A DNA stretch of 64,000 nucleotides. Source: a virus (lineage: Duplodnaviria > Caudoviricetes). The stretch is from the IMG/VR virus record IMGVR_UViG_3300033166_000001, positions 1 to 64,000 of that record; one strand, given 5' to 3'. Shown piece after piece: positions 16,488 through 26,614 of this stretch. The position numbers and the translations under genes are program-made. The notes under the pieces are model-generated. The model did not search any database. It was not told where the DNA came from and worked only from the letters and a program-made list of their open reading frames with translations. Within the stretch, counting starts at the first letter, position 1; every line of letters begins with the position of its first letter.

Positions 16488-17681
16488 ATGAGTAAAGAAG
16501 CACTAGACATTGATTTTGACTCTCTCTTTGGACAGGGAGTTGAGTACGAGGTTGGAAGCTCTCCTGGAGGGAGTAGTACGCCAGAAAATGTAGAAGGTAA
16601 TTTACCTCCTACAGAAGAGACTAAGGATAAGGTAGAATTTATAGTTGGAGAGCCCCCTGAGTTAGAAGGGGAGGAAAAGGAGAAGGAGGAAGGAAAAGAA
16701 GTATCTGTACAAGAAGGTGAGAAAGAAACCCCCCCATCCGATGATATTGATGACAAGAAAGATGCTTCTGGTTCCTTTGCTCTTGCCTTTGCAAAGTTCC
16801 AACAGGATGAGGGGGTTATTTCTGAATTTGATGAAGAGGAACTTGCTAAAATTGCAGAAGAAGAAGGAGAGACTGGAGTAATGAAATACTTGCTGGAACT
16901 CTCTAAAGACAAGATTTATGAAGAGGCTAAAGAAGTTTATGGTGGAGACAGGGAAGAACTTCTTGAATATTTTAAATTAAAGGATGCAGGTGTAGATGGT
17001 GAAGTAGCTAAAGAGTTAGTATTTCAAAAGAGTAATCTGGATAAGTTGAGTAAAGAAGGATTAGAAGGAGAAGATAAAGAAGCTTTACGCAGAGATATTC
17101 TAACTCAACATTTAAAACTTACAACTAGATTTACAGATAAGAAGATTAAGGAAACTGTAGAGGATTGGATAAGTTTAGGAAAAGACGAAGTTGAAGCTGC
17201 AGAGGCTCTAGAAGATTTAAAGGTTATTAATAAGCAACAATTAGAGGCTGCAGAAGCACAAGCAGAAGAACAAGAAAAAGCTAAAATAGAGGCTGTTAAT
17301 AAATATAAAACTGAACTTAAGGATTATATTTATGGACTAACAGAGATTATAGAGGGACAAAAGATTAATAAGCCTACACAGCAAAAGATGGAGAAGCTTC
17401 TTCTGGAACCTGTTAAAGATATTCATGGTAATATAACTAATGGTTTATGGGCAGAAAGGGCCAAAGATCCTAAAAAGTTTGATGCACATTTATCATACCT
17501 TTTAACCTCTGGACTATTTTATGGTAAAACAGATGTTATAAAAAAGACCACTAAAACTAAAGTTTTAAATGAGTTTGAAGAAGCTCTTAGGACTAAAGGA
17601 AGTGGGATAAAAGGTAAACCTACTGGAGGTAATAAAGCAGATGAATTTGATATGAATGCTTTTTTCAGGGGTAAAGTATAA
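16488..17681 (+). CDS. acidic scaffold-like protein conserved upstream of MCP in crAss-like phages
   Basis: E/D-rich, helical, directly upstream of MCP. Confidence 0.7.
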   Translation: MSKEALDIDFDSLFGQGVEYEVGSSPGGSSTPENVEGNLPPTEETKDKVEFIVGEPPELEGEEKEKEEGKEVSVQEGEKETPPSDDIDDKKDASGSFALAFAKFQQDEGVISEFDEEELAKIAEEEGETGVMKYLLELSKDKIYEEAKEVYGGDREELLEYFKLKDAGVDGEVAKELVFQKSNLDKLSKEGLEGEDKEALRRDILTQHLKLTTRFTDKKIKETVEDWISLGKDEVEAAEALEDLKVINKQQLEAAEAQAEEQEKAKIEAVNKYKTELKDYIYGLTEIIEGQKINKPTQQKMEKLLLEPVKDIHGNITNGLWAERAKDPKKFDAHLSYLLTSGLFYGKTDVIKKTTKTKVLNEFEEALRTKGSGIKGKPTGGNKADEFDMNAFFRGKV

Positions 17682-17709
17682 GACCCAATTTTAAAAACAA
17701 AAATAAATT

Positions 17710-19206
17710 ATGAGTAAAATTTTTAGAAACCAAATCTCTGATTCTAAACAGTATGGAAAACTGGTTAGAGAGGCTCACCTTGGATGGTTAGGTATGACAG
17801 ACATCCAGAAGGTAGGAGACATTGAGAGGCTAATAGACCTTGATATTGGAGCTAATAACTTTGTAAACTTTGTGGAGAGTCTTCCTGCATATGAACTAAA
17901 TGAGGAGGGTCCTTACCGCTATGCTATGCAAGGTGTAGAGGAAAGGAATTATCCACTGGTAAAAGCTACTATTGATGCTGCCGGTACTACTGTTATTACA
18001 GATAACCATCGTGCAGGCTATAAAGGAGCTTCTTTCTATCTATGGTTTGAGGATGATGTATTTAGTGCTACTGATGTATTATCTAGTAATCATCCAGAAC
18101 AGATTATGCTTCGTATTATGGGGGATGGTGTACAGGTAGGATTACATATTAGGTATCAAGTACAGTTAATGGCTGAATCTGATAGCACACTGTTTGTTCC
18201 AGCTGATGAGGTTGAAGCAGGTAGTCGCTGGGTAGCTAATTATGGTCTTGTAGAGCCAGAATTATCAGTTAGAGGTAGTGAGCTTACTTTTGCTAGCCAC
18301 TTTGAGCTTACTAACCAAACCTCAGTAATACGTAAGAATTATGAGGTTCCTGGTAATATGATTCTTAAAGGAGTTAACCAACCTCTAGTATGGAGTTTTG
18401 TTACAGACAATGGACAAAGGTTTGACAGGTGGCTTGGTAAACTAGACTATGAATTCTTCACCCAGTTCCGTAGGGATAAGGCTAGGTTGATGATGTATGG
18501 TAAGAGCCTTGGTCTAAATGGTAAGACTTCACAGATTAAAGGTGAGTCTGGCAATACTGTTAAAGCTGGTATGGGATTGTATGAGTTTATGAATAGTGGT
18601 AACATTAAGTATTATAATCAATTTGATATTGATGTATTTACTAAGTTTATCCTAGACATTACTTACAATATGGTAGGCCAATCACAGCGTAAGATTGTGG
18701 TATCTACAGGTGAATATGGTCTGTATGAATTCCACAAAGCTCTTATGAACAAGGCTGCTAGTTATCCTTGGGCACAATCTAATCATAACTTTAAGATTAG
18801 TGATAACAAGATTAGCTTGATGGAAGGTCAAATGGTTAACTTTGGATGGATTAACGGTATTGAGATTAATGTGATGTTGGATAAAATGAAAGATAATCCA
18901 AGTCACAATATGCTAATGCACCCAGGAGGAGGTCCAATAACTTCACGTATCTTTGATATTTATGACTTTGGTACCACTAATGGTAAGCCAAATATCCAAA
19001 GGCTTAAAGTTAAGGGGTATGAAGAGCTTTACCGTTATATTCCCGGTATGCGTGATCCATTCTCACCTTGGAATAATTTAACTGCTCCAGGTATGGCAGC
19101 TTCATCTAAAGATGGATATTCTGTATTTAAGCAGTGGGTAGGTGGTCTACATATGGGTAATCCTAAGAAAACAGGTAGGTTTATCCCAACTTTATACCAA
19201 TTGTAA
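17710..19206 (+). CDS. major capsid protein (crAss-like HK97 fold)
   Basis: 498 aa; synteny terL-portal-acidic protein-MCP; strong terminator after; highly biased codons (cgt, ggt). Confidence 0.85.
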   Translation: MSKIFRNQISDSKQYGKLVREAHLGWLGMTDIQKVGDIERLIDLDIGANNFVNFVESLPAYELNEEGPYRYAMQGVEERNYPLVKATIDAAGTTVITDNHRAGYKGASFYLWFEDDVFSATDVLSSNHPEQIMLRIMGDGVQVGLHIRYQVQLMAESDSTLFVPADEVEAGSRWVANYGLVEPELSVRGSELTFASHFELTNQTSVIRKNYEVPGNMILKGVNQPLVWSFVTDNGQRFDRWLGKLDYEFFTQFRRDKARLMMYGKSLGLNGKTSQIKGESGNTVKAGMGLYEFMNSGNIKYYNQFDIDVFTKFILDITYNMVGQSQRKIVVSTGEYGLYEFHKALMNKAASYPWAQSNHNFKISDNKISLMEGQMVNFGWINGIEINVMLDKMKDNPSHNMLMHPGGGPITSRIFDIYDFGTTNGKPNIQRLKVKGYEELYRYIPGMRDPFSPWNNLTAPGMAASSKDGYSVFKQWVGGLHMGNPKKTGRFIPTLYQL

Positions 19207-19218
19207 TTTTAATTTATA

Positions 19219-19255
19219 AAAATATGGGACAGGATTTGTTCTTGTCCCATATTTT
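19219..19255 (+). terminator. terminator after MCP
   Basis: 13-bp perfect stem AAAATATGGGACA/TGTCCCATATTTT. Confidence 0.8.
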
Positions 19256-19305
19256 AAATAACTTTGGAAAATTAATTTAATTAAACTGGAACAAAAAGGC
19301 AAATT

Positions 19306-20199
19306 ATGACAGTAGAGGAAGCAGTAAAAAAAGGATTTTTAGAGAATAAGAAAGTATACCTTAGACTATTACCTAGAGCCTCTGAATTAACAAGGGACCC
19401 TAACCATGCAGCTTATGGAGGTTTTGATGGTTCTTTAAGAGGATTTGTAATAGGAGTAGATAGCAGTAACAGGCCTATAGATCCCTTTAAAGGGAATGAC
19501 GAAGAAAGAGAGTACTTTGAGAGTATCTTTAAGACAGACCTAAATGTACATACTCCAGATAATAAATTCTGGAAAACTTATTCAGTAGAGGTTTTAAAAT
19601 CTCCTGAACTTATAAAGGTAGGAAAACTTTATAATCTTATGGATCCAAGGGATATGCTAACCTATAAGGTTCTATTAACAAACCATAAGTTAGTATCTAA
19701 AACTTGGGAAAGTAGGTCCCCCTTCCACAGCTTTGCATTCATAGATGCAGATTATGAGGAAGTAGAAGCAGAAAAAGAAGCAGATGAAAATGCTAGAATC
19801 TGGATGTTCTTAGGAGAACTAAAGGAAAGACCTACAAAAATGAGAGAATTCTTACAGGTGTATTGGACTACTAAAAGAACAACTAAACAAGTACCTAAGA
19901 ATGCCAGTAAAGAGTTTTTAGTATCTGAAATACAAAAGATTATTAAAACTGATAAAGCTGGATACTTGGCCCTTATTGAGGACAGGGACTATGAAACAAA
20001 GTCTTTAATTCAAAGAGGTATAGATACTGGAGTTATTGAACAAGAGGGTATTGGAACATTCCATTTAGTAGGACTTGGAGGAGAGGGATTTTCTTATGAG
20101 GGGCTTATAGCTACTTTAGATAAGATGAAGTCTGAGAGAAAAGACCCTATGTATTTTAAAATGATTGCACAGATAGAAAAAGCTGAGAAAGGACAATAA
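19306..20199 (+). CDS. conserved crAss-like protein downstream of MCP
   Basis: 297 aa, synteny. Confidence 0.7.
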   Translation: MTVEEAVKKGFLENKKVYLRLLPRASELTRDPNHAAYGGFDGSLRGFVIGVDSSNRPIDPFKGNDEEREYFESIFKTDLNVHTPDNKFWKTYSVEVLKSPELIKVGKLYNLMDPRDMLTYKVLLTNHKLVSKTWESRSPFHSFAFIDADYEEVEAEKEADENARIWMFLGELKERPTKMREFLQVYWTTKRTTKQVPKNASKEFLVSEIQKIIKTDKAGYLALIEDRDYETKSLIQRGIDTGVIEQEGIGTFHLVGLGGEGFSYEGLIATLDKMKSERKDPMYFKMIAQIEKAEKGQ

Positions 20200-20201
20200 T
20201 T

Positions 20202-20834
20202 ATGACAGCTGGTGAAGCCAAAGAAATGTTTCTTGCTAGAGTATACGCTGAGGTATCTGTAGATGTAGCTGGATGGACAGATGCAGAAATTCTAGAGTTT
20301 ATAAAGATGGCTACTATGAGTACAGTGCAAGAGCTTTCTTTGGCTGAAACCTTTGATTTAATTTCTAACTTGGTAAAAACATCTACAGAAATAACTCTTA
20401 CAGATAATACAGCCACTATACCAAATGAATATAGTGCACCATTAAATTCTGGGGGCATAACTGATTACCTTTACTATGTACGTTCTAGATGTAGAGTAGC
20501 AGCTACTACTACATATGTAACAGGGGAATTTATACAGGCTCATGAGGCAGAATTATATTATGTAACTCCTACCCACACTCCATACTTTAGGCACCCTAAA
20601 GTATACATAGAGGATAAAAAGATTAAAGTACTTGCAGATAGTTATACTATACTAGATAGATTATATTTAACTTATGTTAAAATACCTGAATTTGCAGAGT
20701 TGTCTGATGAAGATTTTGCAATACTTCAAGAAGATATAACTAATGTGAATGCTTCTCTACACGAAAGTATAATAGAAAAAGCAGTAAGACTTGCTATAAC
20801 TAGTTTATTAACCACAGAAAGGAGTAGCCAATAA
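20202..20834 (+). CDS. tail ring/adaptor protein (paralogue 1)
   Basis: MT..E..E.F N terminus, LTYVKIP, LHESIIEKAVRLA C-terminal motif. Confidence 0.65.
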   Translation: MTAGEAKEMFLARVYAEVSVDVAGWTDAEILEFIKMATMSTVQELSLAETFDLISNLVKTSTEITLTDNTATIPNEYSAPLNSGGITDYLYYVRSRCRVAATTTYVTGEFIQAHEAELYYVTPTHTPYFRHPKVYIEDKKIKVLADSYTILDRLYLTYVKIPEFAELSDEDFAILQEDITNVNASLHESIIEKAVRLAITSLLTTERSSQ

Positions 20835-21493
20835 TGACGGGAAAAGAAATGCAAATATTATTTCAGGATATTATAGAGGCTGCCACCAAGCATTTTCCTA
20901 AGAAATGGCTTCCTGAATCTGATATACAGTTTGAATATATTAATGAGGCTCAAAATAAATTCTTTATAGAGAGATACCTTACAGGCAGTTTTGTAGAAAG
21001 GACTAATTTTTTAAGAACACATAGACAGGAGCTTCTAAATTTAATAGAAGTAGGTACCGTAGGAGTAACTGAGATTAGTGCCTATTCTAAATCTTTAATA
21101 GTTACTTGGGACAATACCAAAGAATTTGTTTCAGGCTCTATAGATATAACAGCTAGTGCAATGGGAGAAACAGATTCAACACTTGAACTAATTCCTATAG
21201 AGGGAGACATTAACAGGTTTTTAACAAACCATACTAATAAACCAGTAATACTACAACCTGTAATTTCTTTAGTTGGTGATGGTAAAGCTATGGTAATCTA
21301 TGATGATTACACTACTTTAGCAGCATCTGATCCTATAACTTTAGATTTATTAAATGCTCCAACCGCAGTATCTCTTTCTCAGAGCTGTGAATTATTAGAG
21401 AGATTTCATGAAATTATTGTAAGAATGGCTGCCTCACAATTATTGCAGGATAAGTTTGGTATAGCAATTTCAACTAAAGAGGATAGTAAGTAA
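20834..21493 (+). CDS. tail ring/adaptor protein (paralogue 2)
   Basis: MTGKEMQ..F, YINEAQ, CELLERFHEIIVRMA. Confidence 0.65.
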   Translation: MTGKEMQILFQDIIEAATKHFPKKWLPESDIQFEYINEAQNKFFIERYLTGSFVERTNFLRTHRQELLNLIEVGTVGVTEISAYSKSLIVTWDNTKEFVSGSIDITASAMGETDSTLELIPIEGDINRFLTNHTNKPVILQPVISLVGDGKAMVIYDDYTTLAASDPITLDLLNAPTAVSLSQSCELLERFHEIIVRMAASQLLQDKFGIAISTKEDSK

Positions 21494-22158
21494 TGACTGG
21501 ATTACAATTTCAAATAAAGTTTTTACAAAAGTTACAGAACCATATAAGTAAAGACCTAGATATTAGGACTATAGATATCCAATACTATATGGATAGAGGA
21601 AGAGAACTCTATGTAGATGAAATTATTCAGAAATATAGGGGTCAAGAGGAGTATAGAAAGAGATTAGGAAACCTGCTACAGACAAGTAATATAACAAGAC
21701 CTGTAGCCCCAAATGCTCCAGAGGCAGGAATAAGAACTAATGGGGAAATTTGGGATATCAGTGCTTTAAATGCAAGACATATTATAGATGAATTTGTATC
21801 TATTTCAGGAGTAAGTGAAAGAATACCTGTAAAACCTGTAACCAATGACTATTATAATAAACAGTCTAAAAATCCATTTAAAAGTCCATATAACAAAGGT
21901 ATATGGAGAATGGATGTGGGGGAAGGGAAACACGAGTTAATAACTTATACGGACTCTGGGACTATAACAAACTACTTTTTAACCTATGTTAAACATCCTG
22001 CTCTTTCTGGACAGTCTGGTTTCTTAGATGTAACTGAAAAGTCTACTAATTATTTAGAAGTACCTGTAGGATTCCAACATGAAATTATAGATAAAGCAGT
22101 ATTATTTGCATTAGAAGTCTTTAATATATCAGGAAGTTTAAGAGCTCGTATAGAGTAG
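21493..22158 (+). CDS. tail ring/adaptor protein (paralogue 3)
   Basis: MTGLQFQIKF, LTYVKHP, EVPVGFQHEIIDKAV. Confidence 0.65.
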   Translation: MTGLQFQIKFLQKLQNHISKDLDIRTIDIQYYMDRGRELYVDEIIQKYRGQEEYRKRLGNLLQTSNITRPVAPNAPEAGIRTNGEIWDISALNARHIIDEFVSISGVSERIPVKPVTNDYYNKQSKNPFKSPYNKGIWRMDVGEGKHELITYTDSGTITNYFLTYVKHPALSGQSGFLDVTEKSTNYLEVPVGFQHEIIDKAVLFALEVFNISGSLRARIE

Positions 22159-22188
22159 TACATATTGTTTAACTAAATATTAAAAAGA

Positions 22189-22344
22189 ATGGCTTTAAGT
22201 AAATTAACAAGTAGAACTCCTCAACCCAAAACTATGAGGCAAGCGTTAAAGGCTAGGGCAAAAGATTTAGACCCCCTAATAGACCTACTTAATGCTGCTG
22301 GAGACTGGTACGCAACAGAAATTACAGCTGGAGCTGTAGCTTAA
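22189..22344 (+). CDS. small protein (51 aa, MALSKLTSRTPQPKTMRQ...)
   Basis: manual translation; A-rich leader TAAAAAGA-ATG; native codon usage. Confidence 0.6.
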   Translation: MALSKLTSRTPQPKTMRQALKARAKDLDPLIDLLNAAGDWYATEITAGAVA

Positions 22345-22381
22345 TAATGAATTTTTTTGTTTAACTAAAATAAATATAACA

Positions 22382-23902
22382 ATGATTAATGACAAAAATG
22401 TAACCTACTTATACGTAGGGAATGTAACAAATGGTTATGCAGACGCTGCAACAGCTAACCTAGACACTATGCCAGCAGGTTCTATCGCACTTCTTAAAGT
22501 AGCTTCTAACGAAGTAGAGGAGGGAGCTTTAGTAGCTGGACAGGTATATGAAGTTGTAAATAAGCTATCTGACGGTACTATCCTAAGATCTCCTGCTTTT
22601 ACTAGTGCGGACCTTGTATATGCTAACGCTGAAGCATATGCCCAACCTTCACAGCAAGTAAGTTTTCTTGGGTATGATGGAACTACTATTAATGGACTAG
22701 GTACTATTACTTTAGGTGATAGTTACTCTGTACAACTTAGTTTGTCCTATACTGCTGGAGCTATTTCACAACAAAATCTAATGAAAAGTATTAGTGCTTA
22801 TGCTACTGATACCTCTCAGGCTACTGTAGCAAAGAATTTGTTTGAAACTCATTACAGGCAATTTGGCCCACTACACGAACCCTTTAGAGCTATCCTATGT
22901 GATAGGATTGCCAGAGTAGATTCTGTAGCTGCACATGATACTGCTACTATTGCATATCTTGTAAATGGTTCTAAGACAGTTACACTGTACACTAAAACTG
23001 TAGAGGCTAGTGCTGCTTTAACAGCTAGTACTACTACTATTACTGCCGGCACAGTTGTGAATATTCCTTCATATAATGGAAGAACATTTACATTTGATGC
23101 TATTGATGCCGACCATGTTGTATATATTGGAACTAGCTCTTATGTAGTTGCTGATGCCGGTACTGCCGCTCAAAATGCAACTGCTATTGCCGCTGCTATT
23201 AGTGCCGGTACTGTAGCTACTGCTGTTGCCTCCGATGCCACTGTAACTGTTACTTACTTAGAAGATACAAGAGCATTACCTCCAATGGTGATTTCTGATG
23301 CCGATGGTACTCCTGCAGAAGTAGCTGTAACTATAGCTTCTGGAGATGATGTTCCTGTTCAATACGTTGTAGCTGCTGCTACTACTGCCGCTGCTACTTA
23401 TACATTAGATGAGCCTTGGCAAGGTCCTACTGGATATGTATATACTGGTACTACCGCTGCTACTAATATTGGAGAGTCTACTCTAAATGCTGCTAATGCT
23501 TGGGGGCTTAAATTTACAGGTGTAATGGAGCCATTTAATCCTGTTACTGATAAATGGACAATGGTACATTTTGATGTATTAGGTGGAGCATTTGGTTCTT
23601 TTGGAACTGAATACAAAGCTGTTAAAGCTAATGAGGGACACGGTAACTGGAGAGCAGTAGCCACTTTAGAGCAGTACGCTCAAGGTAATGAAACTTTCTA
23701 TAGGACTTCTAATTATCCATACACAGCTAATAGAACTGAAGCAGTTGCTGGTAGCGGTGGTTTAGGATATGATGTTATAACTGCTACATTTAAGAAATCT
23801 GTAGATTTTGCCGCTAGCGGTGTTACTGTATCTAGTCCATTTACTCTAAAACTTGCTTTTAGAAGTGGGCTAAGTTATGATGGCATTAACACTCCTTTGT
23901 AG
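22382..23902 (+). CDS. virion structural protein (auxiliary capsid-like) with Ala/Thr-rich insert
   Basis: 506 aa, highly expressed codon bias, followed by terminator; position matches the crAss-like structural block. Confidence 0.6.
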   Translation: MINDKNVTYLYVGNVTNGYADAATANLDTMPAGSIALLKVASNEVEEGALVAGQVYEVVNKLSDGTILRSPAFTSADLVYANAEAYAQPSQQVSFLGYDGTTINGLGTITLGDSYSVQLSLSYTAGAISQQNLMKSISAYATDTSQATVAKNLFETHYRQFGPLHEPFRAILCDRIARVDSVAAHDTATIAYLVNGSKTVTLYTKTVEASAALTASTTTITAGTVVNIPSYNGRTFTFDAIDADHVVYIGTSSYVVADAGTAAQNATAIAAAISAGTVATAVASDATVTVTYLEDTRALPPMVISDADGTPAEVAVTIASGDDVPVQYVVAAATTAAATYTLDEPWQGPTGYVYTGTTAATNIGESTLNAANAWGLKFTGVMEPFNPVTDKWTMVHFDVLGGAFGSFGTEYKAVKANEGHGNWRAVATLEQYAQGNETFYRTSNYPYTANRTEAVAGSGGLGYDVITATFKKSVDFAASGVTVSSPFTLKLAFRSGLSYDGINTPL

Positions 23903-23920
23903 ATTGTGAGTTTATGTTAT

Positions 23921-23950
23921 AGAAGGGAAGATTTATTTCTTCCCTTTTTT
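23921..23950 (+). terminator. intrinsic terminator
   Basis: AAGGGAAGA..TCTTCCCTT stem followed by T-run. Confidence 0.8.
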
Positions 23951-24011
23951 TGCTTTATGTTATTATTTTTATATTTTTACAACTTATGGATAGACTAAAT
24001 TACATATACAT

Positions 24012-24389
24012 ATGACACCTGACGAATACACTAAATTACAGGAACAACTACAGGTAGAAAGGGATAAGAATATTGACCTTAAATTCCAAAACCTGAACAC
24101 AAAAATGGATGAAGTAATAACCCTACTAAAGGACAACGTAAAAAAACACGATCAGAATAGAGACAGTATTAAAGAACTAGAGTCTAAATTTCAAACTTGC
24201 CCTATTGGAGTAGTTAAAGCTGAACTAAAAAGGTATGGGAAAGAAACTAACTTTCTTAGAGCCCTTTTTAAAAATGCTATTGTAGGAGTATTTGTAATTA
24301 CTCTATGGATTGTGTTTATTTTTGGTCTTCTTATAACTTTTGGGCCAGATAGTTTAGTGGAATTTTTAATGAAATTTAAAGGATTATAA
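24012..24389 (+). CDS. holin-like membrane protein (coiled coil plus C-terminal TM)
   Basis: hydrophobic AIVGVFVITLWIVFIFGLLITF. Confidence 0.55.
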   Translation: MTPDEYTKLQEQLQVERDKNIDLKFQNLNTKMDEVITLLKDNVKKHDQNRDSIKELESKFQTCPIGVVKAELKRYGKETNFLRALFKNAIVGVFVITLWIVFIFGLLITFGPDSLVEFLMKFKGL

Positions 24390-24390
24390 T

Positions 24391-24879
24391 ATGGAAAAAG
24401 TAAAATTTAATGTTGCAGAGGCCGCTGATGCCGCTTCTTTTAACATATATAAAGAGCAAACAGCTGATATAGCAGGAACAGTATCCCTTACTATAAGTTT
24501 TCCAGATGCAGATGTAGCAGATGTAACGATAACTTTAAGTGCTTCAGAATTAGCAGAGCTTAATAGTGATGATGGATTGGTTATAACTACAGCTAGAATA
24601 TCTCCTTCAAATACAACTTTTACAGATGGTATATATGTTTTTACTCTTACAGAAGCATCTGCAGGGTTTGAAGCCAGTACTATAACAGAAGCTTTCGGAG
24701 CTATTATAACAGATAGGACTATTAAAGAACTGTTATCTTACAGGGTATACCTTACCCCTGGGCAGAAAGAGTGGATGTTGGAGAAAACACAATTACTTAC
24801 TAATCTTAGGTTAGCGGCTTCAGTAGGGGCTACTAGTCAATACCAAACTAATTTAGAAGTATTAGAAAGGATGCGCTAA
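24391..24879 (+). CDS. tail-associated structural protein
   Basis: 162 aa, beta-rich, FTDGIYVFT motif, in fibre cluster. Confidence 0.55.
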   Translation: MEKVKFNVAEAADAASFNIYKEQTADIAGTVSLTISFPDADVADVTITLSASELAELNSDDGLVITTARISPSNTTFTDGIYVFTLTEASAGFEASTITEAFGAIITDRTIKELLSYRVYLTPGQKEWMLEKTQLLTNLRLAASVGATSQYQTNLEVLERMR

Positions 24880-25148
24880 TGACTAAAGAAGAACTAAAAT
24901 TAGCTTTAGATTCTATAGTATTAGAGACACTCTATAACTATGATAAGTACTTTCAATCTATGCAGATAGCGGGAGGTAAATCTTCTATGCGTATGAGAGA
25001 AATGCTTAGGGCTCTACACATCTATATTATAGTATTAGAGTATTATTACCATGTAGATGTAGATAAAACAGCTATAACTGAGAATGATATAAATAATACC
25101 ATTGAGGAGGCCAACGGCTTACTCAGAACATTTAATCCATATGAGTAG
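24879..25148 (+). CDS. small helical tail-associated protein
   Basis: 89 aa, translationally coupled. Confidence 0.6.
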   Translation: MTKEELKLALDSIVLETLYNYDKYFQSMQIAGGKSSMRMREMLRALHIYIIVLEYYYHVDVDKTAITENDINNTIEEANGLLRTFNPYE

Positions 25149-26613
25149 CAGAACTAAACCTTCATATGACATAAAAAGTCAACCTATACTTACCCCTAGT
25201 CAGAACTATGAGTTGGAGCCAGATAATACTGCTCCTAAATCTTCATATGATCTTACTAGACCTACAGAAGGGTTTCCTACAGATTATGTTTCTAGAACAT
25301 ATGGAGGGTCTTTTTATGGATTAGTTAAGTATAATAGTGGGTATAGCATTACAGATAACTTTCATTTAGTATATAAAAGTTGGGTAGAAGATTATGTAGC
25401 TACATCCATAGCTGAGTTAGAAGCTGGAGGTTTAAGCCAGACTACCATACTTGGGTGGATAAGTTCAAGTGTTGGTACTCCTCTTACATACAATAGCAGT
25501 ACGGGGGTATTTACCCTGGATAAAGATCTATCTCAGTATAATAATGCTACTTCAGCTTTTATAACTCTTGCAGACATACCTGCTGAAACAGACCCTGTAT
25601 TTTCTGCTTGGGATAAATCTACAGGAATAAGTATAACTTTAAGTCAAGTATCTGATTGGGTAGAACCTACTATTACAGAGACAGACCCTGTGTTCACAGC
25701 TTCACCATCTGCAGGAATAACTTCTACTAATATTAATAATTGGACTACAGCCTATGGTTGGGGTAATCATGCTGGATTATATGACCCTTTAAATACAGCT
25801 AGTGGGCTAATAAGCGCACATGAAAGTACTTTTAATCACAGTTTAATAGCTACAGCATTACAGAGTATAACTGGAGAAAGTGTGCACAGTCTTTCAGATT
25901 TTCCTGCTTTGGGTACCAGTTTACAGTTTCTAAGAGTAAATACAGATGGATTAGAGTTAGAATTTCATACTATAGGTCACGGAGATTTATCTGCTGGTAG
26001 TATGAATTCAGATAGTAACTACCTACACCTCACAGCTGCAGAGAAAGCTAAAATTTTACAGCCTGCTACCACACTTACTGATGGATATATGACTAGTGAA
26101 CAGGTTGCAGACTTAGAAAATGCTTTAACTGCTTTTACTCCCGGAACTAATGCTTTAGGGGCAGAGCTTATTTATAATGAAACCACAAACACTTTAGTAC
26201 TAGCTGATGATATTCCTACATTAGATGATGCAGCTACAGATGATTCTCACGTATTAAGTGCCTCTAAAATACTAAGTTTATTTGAGGGTAGTACAGAAGA
26301 AGGTTCTTACGCTAAATCTTATACAATAGGTATTCCGGCAGGAGCAGATTTGGCTACTAAACTAGGATTTACAGCTACTGTCCCTACTGGATGGAGCCTT
26401 AGTGCCAATGGAGCTAACTTAGAAATAACACATAATATAGGTAAAACTCCTATAGGAATAGCTGTATATAGAATTACTAGTACTGGAACTAAACAAAAAC
26501 TAGAAGGGAATACTGCCTACAGTAATGCTACTTCTAATAGCACAGATATAATATTAACTTTATCTGCATATGCAGGTACAACAGATGCTACAGAAATAAG
26601 ATTAAGTTTCTAA
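25141..26613 (+). CDS. tail fibre/spike-like structural protein
   Basis: likely start 25141; duplicated ETDPVF motif, WGNH motif, S/T/G-rich. Confidence 0.65.
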   Translation: MSSRTKPSYDIKSQPILTPSQNYELEPDNTAPKSSYDLTRPTEGFPTDYVSRTYGGSFYGLVKYNSGYSITDNFHLVYKSWVEDYVATSIAELEAGGLSQTTILGWISSSVGTPLTYNSSTGVFTLDKDLSQYNNATSAFITLADIPAETDPVFSAWDKSTGISITLSQVSDWVEPTITETDPVFTASPSAGITSTNINNWTTAYGWGNHAGLYDPLNTASGLISAHESTFNHSLIATALQSITGESVHSLSDFPALGTSLQFLRVNTDGLELEFHTIGHGDLSAGSMNSDSNYLHLTAAEKAKILQPATTLTDGYMTSEQVADLENALTAFTPGTNALGAELIYNETTNTLVLADDIPTLDDAATDDSHVLSASKILSLFEGSTEEGSYAKSYTIGIPAGADLATKLGFTATVPTGWSLSANGANLEITHNIGKTPIGIAVYRITSTGTKQKLEGNTAYSNATSNSTDIILTLSAYAGTTDATEIRLSF

Positions 26614-26614
26614 T

